Assembly: GCA_963575745.1 (NCBI GenBank)
Contig: CAUYUJ010000255.1
Coordinates: 62,001-116,259 of the forward strand
Length of the DNA stretch: 54,259 nt
Reading direction: 5' to 3'
From: Prorocentrum cordatum
Taxonomy: Eukaryota
Shown here: positions 1 to 10,518 of the stretch, piece by piece
Layout of the letters: every line of letters begins with the position of its first letter
How positions within the stretch are numbered: the stretch's first letter is position 1
Notes under the pieces: generated by a model
What the model saw: the letters and a program-made list of their open reading frames with translations, nothing else
Database searches by the model: none
What the model was told of the DNA's origin: nothing
Made by a program: the position numbers and the translations under genes

Positions 1-879
1 ATCCCTGTCAAAGAACAGTGAACAATCCACTCTGGGGCAAATAACTTGGGTCATGATCGGGGGGGTGCGCGAGCAGTTTGTCTTGATTTTAACAGGGACG
101 GCGGGGGGTGCCATAATGTTCCCTGCTGCGCGCAGGGCCAGCATCCCTAAACGAAATAGAATGCACTTCGCGACAAGATCTGGATCATGCGCGGGCACCC
201 CGCGATCACTGCGCAGTGGTTTTGACTGGGACGGCGGGGATGCTGGCATATTGCCTGCTATGTGCAGGCCCACCAGACGCTGTGCTGGCCACCCCGCCGC
301 GATTGCGCACTGGATTTCGACAGGGGTGGTGGGGGCCGACACATTTCGCGATGTGTACTGCGACGCGCGCAGGCGCACCTGGCACACTCTGCGCGTGCCC
401 CGGACGCGGAGCACTTTGCGCGGCTGGAACATGTGGCACACATAGCGCACGTGGATCACGTGGCGCAACTGGCGCACCAGGCGTGCCCGGCACGCTTCGG
501 CCACAGGGTGGCCTGGCGCACCTGGTGCGCGTGGCGCGCCTGGCGCACCTCGCCCCAGCGTTGCGCACATGGGGTCTGTTTTGGTTCCCAGTAGCTGTCC
601 ATTCAAAGCCTACCTACCGCTGAACGCGCTGCAGCTCGGGTGCTACTTCTGTGTTGGGAGGGCGGGTGACAGTGCGTGACGCGGGTTACGGGCGGGGAGG
701 GCGTTTTGACCCCTCCCCCTGCCCCCCCCCCCTGGGTCTGGAGGGGACCGGCCGCGGGTTGTTAGAGCGTACAGGATGGCCTCGGCGAGGAAGCCCAACT
801 CACTCATGTTACTAAGGTTGTTGGCCACCTGTTGGCCTCCAAGGGGGGGGGACTCTAGTTGAGGAGCCCCCATCCTTTG

Positions 880-1175
880 ATCGATCTCCTCCAAGGCCCC
901 CCAGGCTCCCAAGGGCGCCCCAAGACGGCACCGAGAGGTGCTCAGGAGGCCCCAAGAGGCCCCAAAGAGGCCCCCAAGATGCCCCCAATAGGCTCCCAAG
1001 AGACCCCCAAAGGCCCAAAGAGGCTTCCCAGAGGCACCCCAAACACCTCACGATACCCCTGGGACTGCCAAAAGACCCCAAAACACACCAAGAGAACTCC
1101 AAGAAGCTCTCAGAAGAAATCCGAAAAGACTCCAAGAGGCATCCAAGAGGCTTCTGCCCGTTCTCCTTGCCCTCC

Positions 1176-1208
<33 letters not shown>

Positions 1209-1370
1209 TCCTCCTGCATCTCACATGTCCTCCTCCATCCTCCTCCTCTTAGCGTACGACGTTTTACCCAGCTTCATTTTCCACTGCAGGCTCCTCCACA
1301 TCCCTGATCAGGGTAACTCGTCTGGGCATTGTTTCTGGATGGGGCTGGTGGTGTTACGCGAAGCGTTTCT
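880..1370 (+). mobile_element. CCCAAG-minisatellite interspersed element (partial copy) ending in GGGGCTGGTGG..ACGC-GAA-GCGT hairpin
   Basis: Degenerate (G/A)GGCCCCAAGA tandem units at 890-1150, same unit family as 7590-8230 and 40320-40970. Terminal motif ggatggggctggtggtgttacgcgaagcgt near 1337-1366. Confidence 0.5.
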
Positions 1371-1509
1371 ACATGCAGTGTCTGTGGCGGGAGCCACGTG
1401 GTGTAAGCTCAGTGGTGCAATCTGCGTGGTGCGAGCTAACGAGGCGCGAGTCACGCGGCGCAAGCTGCGTGGTGAACCCTGTGGACCTGTGGGCTAAGAG
1501 GCGCAAGCC

Positions 1510-1945
1510 ATGGGAGGCAATCTCCGTGGCGTGAGCCGTGCAGTGCACGCACGGTGCGCCCGCGAGGCGGCCACAGGGGCGACCGCGTGGCAGCGCCGCG
1601 CCAGACCCACACACGCAGCGCACGAGGTGGCCACGAGGCGGCAGCGTGGCGGACCTCGCCGGGCCCACACGGCGTGCGAGGCGGTCGCGCGGCGGCCACG
1701 GGCGGCAGCATGGCCCGCCCGGGGCACGAGGCGGCCACGAGGCGGCCAGGAGGCGTCCGCGGGGCGAAGACCTCGCCAGACCCACCCAGCGCAGGAGGCG
1801 GGCACGAGGACCGGCAGCGCGGCAAAACCTGGCCAGGCCCAAGCAGCGCACGAGGCGGCCACGAGGCGGCCACGGGCGGAAGCGTGGCGAAGTCTCGCCA
1901 GGCCCACACAGCGCACGAGGCGGCCACGAGGCGGCCACGGCGGGA
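1510..1945. repeat. Degenerate GAGGCGGCCAC(GAGGCGG) tandem repeat
   Basis: Repeated gcacgaggcggccacgaggcggccac units at about 1560, 1620, 1725, 1848 and 1912. Confidence 0.75.
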
Positions 1946-3340
1946 CCACGGAACACTCTCGCCTGGCCCAACCGATTCCTCAGTGAGACAATCAAGATCC
2001 CCTGAGTGTACGCATGCACCGTAGAAGAGCGCAGACGGAGGTAGGATCACTGCGTGCAACTCGTCATGACAACGGCATGGGCACGCTCACCAGTCTGCGT
2101 CTTGCCCACCAAGCGGTGCGTAGCCGACGGGACGGATCTGGTCGGGTGTAAGCAATTTGTCAACAATATCGGGCCACCCACATACGCCGAATAAGTCCGA
2201 GCCGTCCCACAAGGGCAGTAAAGACTGCGAGGGACACTAGAGAAGCCATCATCAGTGCTCAGGAAGATGCAATTCCAGTCCACCAACTGGTTGTCGAGAG
2301 GAGGGAGGAAGCGAAGGTAGGCGGAGGGAGGAAGACCAAATGGGCCTGAAAGGCCTCGTGGCCGTGGGTGGGTATTTCCCCCCTCTCGATCCTCGTAGGC
2401 CTCTATCACCAGCTCCCCCATGCCGCCGACCACCACGGAGTCGACCACCCGCTCGAGAAACCTGCAGAAAACCAGGAGGAGGATCCAACCTCTTCCTCCT
2501 CCTCCTCCTCCTCCTCCACCTCCCCTGCCTCGTCATACCTCTTTTTCCTTCTCTTCCTCAATCTCCTCCCCCCACCTGCCTCCTCGCCGTCTCCCCCATA
2601 CCTCGTCGTTGTCCTCCTCCTCCTCCTCCTCCTCCTCCTCCGCCTTCCCTTATAGCTTCTCCTTGTCCTCCTCGCTCCTCGCTCACCTCCCTCTACTTCC
2701 TCATCCCCCTCCTCCCTCCCCCCTCGCCCTCCTCCTCCTCTCTCTACCTCTTGCTTCCCCCCCTCCTCCTGCCTCCTCCTCCTCCTCGTCCTCCTCCTCC
2801 TCCTCGCCCTCCTCCTCCATCCGTCTTTCTCTCAGATCGCTCCCCCTCGACGCACCACCGCAGAGATATCGGCACGGCGGCCAAGTGCGTTCCGCCGACT
2901 CGTTTTCACTACGTGGCTCGGGCCTGAAGGCCCAACACGTTCCCTCTGACATGTTGCAACACCTCCACCGTTGGGGTGCACTTTGAGTTCCGTGCGTGGC
3001 CCTCGTTTTGGCGGCGGGCACGTTCGTCCTGGCTCGCTCCAACACCCACCTGTGCATGCAGCGATCCCCGCTCTCAAGCTGTAGCTCACGCCGTATCACC
3101 AGGCTCCTTCGCCCCAGCATGGCCCCACAATTGCACGAAGAGAGGGTTGATCACGTTCAACACGGGCTATCGCTCGAGACGTCCTCGGCATGTCTGCCCA
3201 GGGAACTTCCACCCGTGGCGCAAACATGTGGGTGACGGGCCGCGTCTGACTTGAGACTCTCGCAGGGAGGAGGAGGAGGAGGAGGAGGAGGAGGAGGAGG
3301 AGGAAGAGGAGGAGGAGGAGGAGAAGGAGGAGGAGGGAGA

Positions 3341-3391
3341 TCCGCACCCTTTTGGCTCAAGCCATTTTGGCTCAAGCCATTTGGGCTCTAG
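3341..3391 (+). other. Tandem relict dinoflagellate spliced-leader sequences (3 copies)
   Basis: tccgcacccttttggctcaag + ccattttggctcaag + ccatttgggctctag, compared with DinoSL DCCGTAGCCATTTTGGCTCAAG. Lies 33 nt upstream of an ATG. Confidence 0.9.
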
Positions 3392-3424
3392 CCTCGCGCG
3401 CGCCGGGGTTCTTTCGAACGCGGC

Positions 3425-4246
3425 ATGGCTGCGGTCCTCGCGCGTGGCCATGCTCTGGCCACGCTCGCGCCTCTCGTGTGGGCGGCTGCGGCTTGCGCGG
3501 CGGAGGGCGGCGCAGGGCGCCCCCTCGTCGCCGCCGCCGTGGCGGCCGCCCTCCGCACGGGCTCCGACCTCCTCGGCCTGTCGACGCGGCCCTCTGGGGC
3601 TGGTGCCGACGCGGCCGATGGCGGTGCACCGCATGAAGACGCCCCGCGACCTGGAGATGCGCCGCCTGCCGCTGCCGCGGGCAAAGCAGCGCGTCGTCGC
3701 AGGCGCAGGCGGCGTCTGGCCGAGCGGCGGGCCGCCGCTGCTGCTGCTGGAGCCGCTGGTGCTGCAGCTCGCGCCGACGATGGCGGCGGCGCCGCCGCCG
3801 CTGGGGCTACTGGCGCGGGCCTCGGGCTTGCGCTCGTGGCCATGGCGGCCCCCGACGCCCTCGGCGACGACGACATGGCGTCCATCGACGACGAGTGGGC
3901 TGTCACGCCCGCCGCTGCGGCGCCACCGGTGCCGCCTGCGGCAGTGGCGCGGGTGCCCCCTCGCGACGGCGTTGACGCCGCGGAGCCAGTCGGTGCGGGT
4001 GCGCTGGCTGGCGGAGCGGTGGCGGCGCCTGCGGCGGCTGCTGCTGCTGCTGCCGCGGCGGTGGACGCGGACGCGGAGCGCGGGCGGCTGATGGCGGCGT
4101 ACGTCGGGCTTCCTCGCCGCCCCGAGCCCCCCTGGGGGGCTTGGGAGCGCTGGCCGCTTGGCCGGCTCGCCGCTTTCGTCGTCCAGGCGGAGGCGGCCGC
4201 CGGCTCTGGTGCGGGGCGGGGGAAGCAGAGGAAGGGTCGGCGATAA
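3425..4246 (+). CDS. Intronless Ala/Gly-rich hypothetical protein (273 aa), candidate retrocopy
   Basis: ORF begins just after the SL relics and ends in a basic tail GKQRKGRR. No domain recognised. High GC makes long ORFs easy to obtain by chance. Confidence 0.45.
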   Translation: MAAVLARGHALATLAPLVWAAAACAAEGGAGRPLVAAAVAAALRTGSDLLGLSTRPSGAGADAADGGAPHEDAPRPGDAPPAAAAGKAARRRRRRRRLAERRAAAAAAGAAGAAARADDGGGAAAAGATGAGLGLALVAMAAPDALGDDDMASIDDEWAVTPAAAAPPVPPAAVARVPPRDGVDAAEPVGAGALAGGAVAAPAAAAAAAAAAVDADAERGRLMAAYVGLPRRPEPPWGAWERWPLGRLAAFVVQAEAAAGSGAGRGKQRKGRR

Positions 4247-4619
4247 TGCGCGCCCCCGTGGAGGGGGTGCGCCGCCTGCCCCTTCCCCCCCGCCTCGCAC
4301 ATCTCGGACTCGTTCGGCGTGGGGCTGGACTGGGTCCTTTGAGGCTCGTGGGACGGGCCGCGGTTGTATGTGGCGCGCTGAGAGCGACATCTTGGCGCCA
4401 GGCTTGGTCGAGGAGGAGGAGGAGGAGGAGGAGGAGGAGGAGGAGGAGGAGGAGGAGGAGGAGGAGGAGCAAACGCAGAGCTTGAGGCGCGACGGGCTTC
4501 GTCTAGCGACCTCCACGCTGTCCGTGGAGGTCACTTGCTGGCTCGGGCGGCGCGGGTGGTGTGCACAGGTCGTAGTTTTCGGTGGGCGGGGAAGGCTGAG
4601 CAGCGGCGGGCGGCGGGCC

Positions 4620-7160
4620 CGCGCCTCGGCCTCCGTGCGGCGAGGCGCCGAGCCGAAGGGCCAGACGCGCGGCGGCACGTGCTTCATTCAGGTGCGAGTA
4701 TCTCGCAGCCTCGAACGCGTTCACATCGTAGGAGGCCTGGAGGTCCCTGTACGTGTGGTACATGCGGCACGCGACTGCCAAGCGGACCATCGCGTGGGAA
4801 ACGTGGTTCTCGTCGCTCGGGCCAACGGAGTGGCAGCTGCATTGCAGCTCGAGGTGGGCCAAGAGGCAGTTCGAGAGGCGGCCCCTGGGGTACGCCAGCT
4901 CGTGCCAATGCCTCGGGCAAATGAGGTAGTGCGAGATGCTGTCCGTTGCGTGCTTCGCGTTGCACCCATAGATGCAAGGGCGCCGTTCCGGTTGAACGTG
5001 GAGACGGTACGACGCCGACCATGCGCCAGCCAGTGTCTTCATCGTGGGCCAGAAACGCGATGGGGGCACACGGGCGATCTTTGCTCGCGTGCGCCGCCAG
5101 TGGATCTTGACGCTGTTCGGGAGCTGGTACATGGCGGTCAGGTCATTGAACGAGATGGCGTCTGGATGCAGCTGCTCGTTGATCTCCTCCACGGCGGTGG
5201 TCTCGGACGGGTCGGAGACGACGTCGGCCATGTGTATCCATTGGCGGCGGAGGCGGTGTTCTTCAGCAGCAAGGTTGAACACCGCCTGCATGTCAGACGT
5301 GCGCGGAGTCCTCGCCATGTAGTTCGCCCTGCCACGGCGATTGGCGTCCGAGTCGTACCGGGCCTGTCGGCACATGTTGCGAGCGCGGCGGCGGAGGTCG
5401 TCTCCCGAGGAGGCGGCGAACAGGATTCGCATGCTCCATCGGCGAAGATGTCGGCGTACATGTTGTTCGCACCAGTCCATCCTGTCGCTGTCGCGGCGCA
5501 GCGTGTGGTCCCAGTTGGCGATGTACACGTCGGGGGGCCAGTCCGAGGCCCAATGAGCAAGCACTTCAGCGAGATCATGAAGCTCGCGAACGGCAGCAGC
5601 ATGATTATCTTGGTTTTCAACAGGTGTATGGGGCAGGCGGGAGGGCAGTGGGCAGTGACGCCGGCTGATGAGGAAACGAGAGCGTGGAGTTCAGCATTGC
5701 GCGAGTTGCAGGACTGAGCACTTGATTTCCACCTCCAATTGTAAGATCTTGCTCGGCGGTGGCCATGGGGATGAACGGGAACCAGGCCTTCAGGCGCTTC
5801 ACGGTGGTGATGTCGAAGTTGTCCTCGTGCAGGTGAGTCTGGAGGGCGGCAAGGTATTTCGATTGGGGTGATTCGCGTCGAAGTTCACCCGGCACAAAAG
5901 CAGGTGCGACATGCGGCGGCGGTGGTACCGCCGCCGCGGCAGCACGGCGGTGAGCAAGCAGTAGCTGCTGATGCGCGTGGTCTGCGTTCTTCATCCTTTT
6001 CAGTGCCATGAAGATGGAGCCCTTGCCCGTCGGGAAGGCGGTGCCTTCTTCGCAGCCTGGAGGTGCTGGGCGATCGAAATGGGCGAGGCCCAACATTCGG
6101 CAGACCAGTGGCCCCTCACCGTCGAGACCATGGGGAGGTTCGCCGTGGCGGTCTCGTTGAGCATGTCAAGCAGCGGGGGCCGAACCTTGATGGTAGAGGT
6201 AGCAGACCTCCACAGCGTCGCATTTATCAGCACCTCGACGCCCGTGGGGATGTTAGCACCAGCCCAGTTCTTCAGACCCAGGATGTCCAGCTTGGTGAAG
6301 GCCGAGGGCGGCGAGCGGATTATCTTGTGGAGCAGGTGAATCTCGCGACTGAGCGACAGGTCAGGAGCAGGGAAGAATTGGCTAACGTAGGAGAGCGTCG
6401 TCAGCGCAGAGGAGTTGTATAACGTGATGTTATGTTGAATCGGGGCGTGAGGTTCTCCGAGGATCTGGGCACGGTGTAGCCACTTGGCGGCAGGGGCAGC
6501 CCACTGAGCACGTTCGTCAGCTCCTGGACACATCACCACGCCGAGGTACTTGGCGGAGGAGCCGATCTTGAAGAGGGCCCAGTCGGCGTGGATGTGACCC
6601 AAAGTGTCCTTGAGGCTGTCGACCAGGTCGGAGGAGGCGATGGTCCAGACGGGTACCAAGACGCATTTGCGCGGTTGAAGATGCAAACTAGAATGTTGAG
6701 CAATCGCAAGCAAGTGAGGGCGTAACCCTTCGATGCCACGAGGACAGGCGAGAACACAGCCAAGATCATCAGCACATGCTGTGGCTATACCTCCTTGGAT
6801 GCGCTTGAAGAAGTCGTTGATGCCGATCAGCGCGGGGTCGAAGATCAGGGCCCAGATGGTGCCAACGAGGGGGCAACCTTGAGCGGCCCCGCTGGATGCG
6901 AGAAAGATCGGTCGGCGCGTGCCTCCCATCTCGAGCAGCGCGATCGGCATGTGGTAGAACGCCTGCATCAGGGCAGGGAGGCGGCCGTAGATACCCCAGC
7001 GCTGCAAGATGCTCCACATCCGGGCGTGCACGAGGCCTGGGAAGGCGGCGGCGATGTCCGTGCTCAGGAAGCACGGCTGCAGCGCATGAGCATCAGGCTT
7101 GGTGCTCTACTTGCGGCTGTGCGCGTCGGCTTCGACGATGTTGTCCAGCAACTGGCGTCC
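4620..7160 (-). mobile_element. 5'-truncated, decayed non-LTR retrotransposon (RT plus C-terminal CCHC-type zinc knuckle)
   Basis: RT motifs GRQLLDNI, DIAAAFPGL, GAAQGCPL, ACADDLG, LQPRKC, KYLGV (ORF 6000..7031 plus upstream frame, with an in-frame stop at 7107-7109). C-terminal CIYGC...DSISHYLIC in ORF 4503..5564. Frame breaks near 6000 and 5600. Confidence 0.9.
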
Positions 7161-7460
7161 AGGAGGAGAAGGGGGAGGAGGAGGAGAAGGAGGAGGAGGA
7201 GGAGGAAGAGGAGGAGGATGCTTCCTCGAGCCCCTCCTTGCCCGACACCCGCACGCATGCCGAGGCCGGCACGGACGCAGGGCGATCCTCGGTCGCAGGC
7301 GGTCGTCTCGCCTGGCGTGTCTGCGAGCTGTACGGCCTCCCCCTGGGCAGTGCAGGAAGCTATCGGGATGGAGGGAAGCTCCTTTGCATGCATACATGGC
7401 GTAGGCACGCGAAGGCGGCGCGAGCCGCCACTGGCTTTCACCACTCCAGCGGAGAGAAAT

Positions 7461-8275
7461 CCGCCGACCCCTTGGGGATCATCGGCGTGTGAGATGCTTT
7501 CCCCCTCCCCAAACCCCTCCCCCGGGAGCCTGGTCCGGTCGATTTGGAGGGGGGGGGGGGGGTCGACCACGAGCGCGCCACGGGGCTCTTTCGGCCCCAA
7601 GAGGGGCTACAGACCGCCCAGGAATGCCCCAAGAGGCCTCCAAGACCGCCCACGAGCGCTTCGAGACGCCAAACGAGCGCTCGGAGACGCCCAAGGTGGG
7701 CCCAAGACGGCCCCAGAGGCCTCCAAGACGGCCCAAGAGGTCCCCAAGAGGCATCTTGGGAGCGGCCCAAGAAGCCAAAATCGTTGATTTTCCATTCGTT
7801 TTTGAAGGATTTGGGCCTTCTCGCCCTTTCGGCTTTCCGACGCTCCAAGACGGCCCAAGAAGCTCCCAAGACCGCCCCAAGACGGCCCAAGAGTCCCCCA
7901 AGACGGCCCCAAGACGGCCAGAGAGGGCCCAAAGACGGCCCAGGAGCCGCCCCAGACGGCCCAAAAGGCCCCCAAGACGGGCCCAAGAGGGGGTGAAGAG
8001 GGGGACCAGAAACCGAAAATCCGAATCTTCCGCCCCAAGAGGCCTCCAGGAAGCCCCAAGAGGCCCCCAAGAAGCCGCAAAGAAGCCCCAACAACCCCCG
8101 AGAGGCCCACGATAGACCCCAAGAGACCCCAGAACGGCCCCCAAGAGACTTCAAGAGTGCTCCGAGAAGGCCCCTGACAGACATACCAGGACACCTTCAA
8201 GAGGCTCCAAAGACGGCTCCAAGAGGGGGGACAATGTACATCAAGGGGTCGGCGGTGTGGCGTAAGCCCAAGAAT
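7461..8275 (+). mobile_element. Non-autonomous element with 14-bp sub-terminal inverted repeats, central CCCAAG minisatellite and 3' mini-hairpin (Helentron/DINE-like architecture)
   Basis: ccgccgaccccttg (7461-7474) is the exact reverse complement of caaggggtcggcgg (8242-8255), which is followed by GGC-GTAA-GCC (8259-8268). The interior is GACGGCCCAAGA-type repeats. Confidence 0.65.
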
Positions 8276-10271
8276 CAAGGACCCTGAGGCGCAGAGGCAG
8301 AGGGCGATGTTACACAGAACTCGCATGTCCTCAAGGTGGGCAACCAGGCTACCCCACGGAAGCACCACCAAGATTTCCGCTGTTCGCTGTTCCTCCTCCT
8401 TCCCCTCCCCGTAGAGCCTCCTCGCCCCACGCCACAGGGAAGAGGATCGCTGGGGGCAACAACGAAGAGTCGAGGAGGAGAAGGGAGGGGCGAGGGTGAG
8501 GAACGGGCAGGCGAGGACGGGAAGAATACTAACGAGTAAGGCGGGGTAGCAGGAGAGGGGGGCAGGGGAGAAAACGCTGGCGGACGAAGGAAAGGCAGTG
8601 AAAGAGGGAGGGGTGGAGGAGGGAGGGATGGCTGGAGGAGGCTGTGGCAGAGGAGGACCGAGCAGGAGGGACGAGGAGGGGGGACGCGGAGGAGGAAGGA
8701 GTGAGGAGAAGGGAGGAGGAGGAGGAGGAGAGGGAGGAGGAGGAGGAGGAGGACGAGGAGGAGCAGGGGAGGCATGATGAAGCTGCTCGTTTTCAGTGCA
8801 CTTCAGACCGCTGGGGCCGCGCCTGCGCGGCGGCGCGCGCGGGCTCGCGCGGCGACAGGAGCACCGGGGCCGAGCGGCGCGCCGCGGAGCGCGGCGGACC
8901 GGAGAGAAGGAGCGGGGGCAGGCCAGAGGGGAGGGGGACGCAGGGCAGGGAGGGGATGGAGGGAGGGAGGGAGGGAGGGAGGGAGGAGGGGAGGAGGAGT
9001 AGGGGGAGGAGGAGAGGAGGAGGAAGAGGAGGAGGAGGATAGGAGGAGGGAAGGAGGAGGAGGAGGAGGAGTGAGGAGGGATCAGGAGGAGAGAGAGGAG
9101 GAGGAGGAGCAGGAAGGAAAGGGGAGGAGGAGTAGGAGGAGGAGGGAGGAGGAGGATGAGGGGGAGGAGGAGGAGGAGGAGGGAGGATAGGTTGAGAGAG
9201 GAGGGAAGGAAGGAGGAGGAGGGATGTAGAGGAGGAGAGGAGGAGGAAAGAGCAGGAGGGAAAGGGAAGGAGGAGGAGGAGGAGGAGGGCACGAGAACGG
9301 CGCACATGCACCGCACCATGCCTGGACTCCAACGAGGCCGCGCTGCAGCGTGGTACGGCGCACGGTTGTGGGCCCCGAGGGCCGCAAGACCGCGCGCCGT
9401 ACCGTTCCCGGGGACCGACGGCGCCTCGGGGGAGGCCAACGCGGCACGTTGCATGCAGGTCGTCCTCGGAGAAGGGGGCGGAAGGTTGAGAGCAGAGGAG
9501 GGGCGAAGAGGCAGACGAGGAGGAGCGGGGGAAGAGGACGGAGGAGGAGGGGGGAGGACCTCGAACGGGCAAGGTCGCAGCACGCGGCTCGAACTCGGGC
9601 GGTCTGTCGCGTGCCGCGCGGCCGCGGGAAGAGGAAGAGAAGGGGGGGAATGAAGGAAGGATGCAAAGAAGGAGACGGAGGAGGAGGAGGAGGAGGAGGA
9701 GGAGGAGGAGGAGGAGGAGGAGGAGGAGGAGGAGGAGGAGCAGAAACATCAAGAAGAGGTCGCTGGAGGTACCCAGAAGCTTCCAGAAGCAACAGCAAGA
9801 GCGTCAACACTTGAGGAATTAGGACGCCCGAGGCGGGCACGGAACAAATGGTACGACTCCGAACACCGGCTGCGGTCTGAATCCGACAGCGGCCGCTGTT
9901 GGGCAGGCTGGCTGTTCCGCCTCGAATGGACAGCGCCCGTGGCGACGCCAGCGAGCCCGGCTCCTGATTCATGGAGCGGAGCTGCTGCCGGTCTTCGTTC
10001 CCATCCGTTCCGTACCGACTTTGGTCGCACCGATGGAAGCGATGTGTGGGGGGGGGGGGAAGGCGAGGGGAAGCCTCTGGATCTCCTGCGAGGCCGCCCC
10101 GCTCTGCTCCCAGAGCGCCAGCACCTGGCGGGGCGCAACGGGCAGGCGCCCTCTGGCCGGAGCGGAGCGCCTCGGAAACCGGGCTTGAGGTTGGAGGCTC
10201 CGCCCGGGTCGCGAATCGGCACCGCAGCCGGTTTCCATGACGCCCCCCGGCTCCGGAGGCGGCCATACACA

Positions 10272-10322
<51 letters not shown>
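10272..10322. repeat. (CA)n microsatellite
   Basis: Direct reading. Confidence 0.95.
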
Positions 10323-10325
<3 letters not shown>

Positions 10326-10518
10326 TGTAGATCCTCCTCCTCCTCCTCCTCCTCCTCCTCCTCCCCTCCGCTCCTCCTCCTCCTCCCTCCCGCCTCCCCC
10401 TCCTCCTCCTCCTCCTCCCTCCTCCCTCCTCCTCCTCCTCCTCCTCCTCCTCCTCCTCCTCCTCCTCCTCCTCCTCCTCCTCCTCCTCCTCCTCCTCCTC
10501 CTCCTCATGTGTGTATGT

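Noticed and set aside
2047..2300. Minus-strand segment AHAVVMTSC reminiscent of a papain-family catalytic His motif
   Set aside because: A stop follows and there is no NSWG or catalytic Cys motif. Too weak to call.
7607..9752. Long Pro/Ser/Leu/Glu/Gly-rich ORFs here and at 14.5-16.9, 18-19.8, 25.5-28.6, 29.6-33.6 and 37.3-39 kb
   Set aside because: They arise from (CCT/GGA)n and (TAG)n tracts that are open in several frames.
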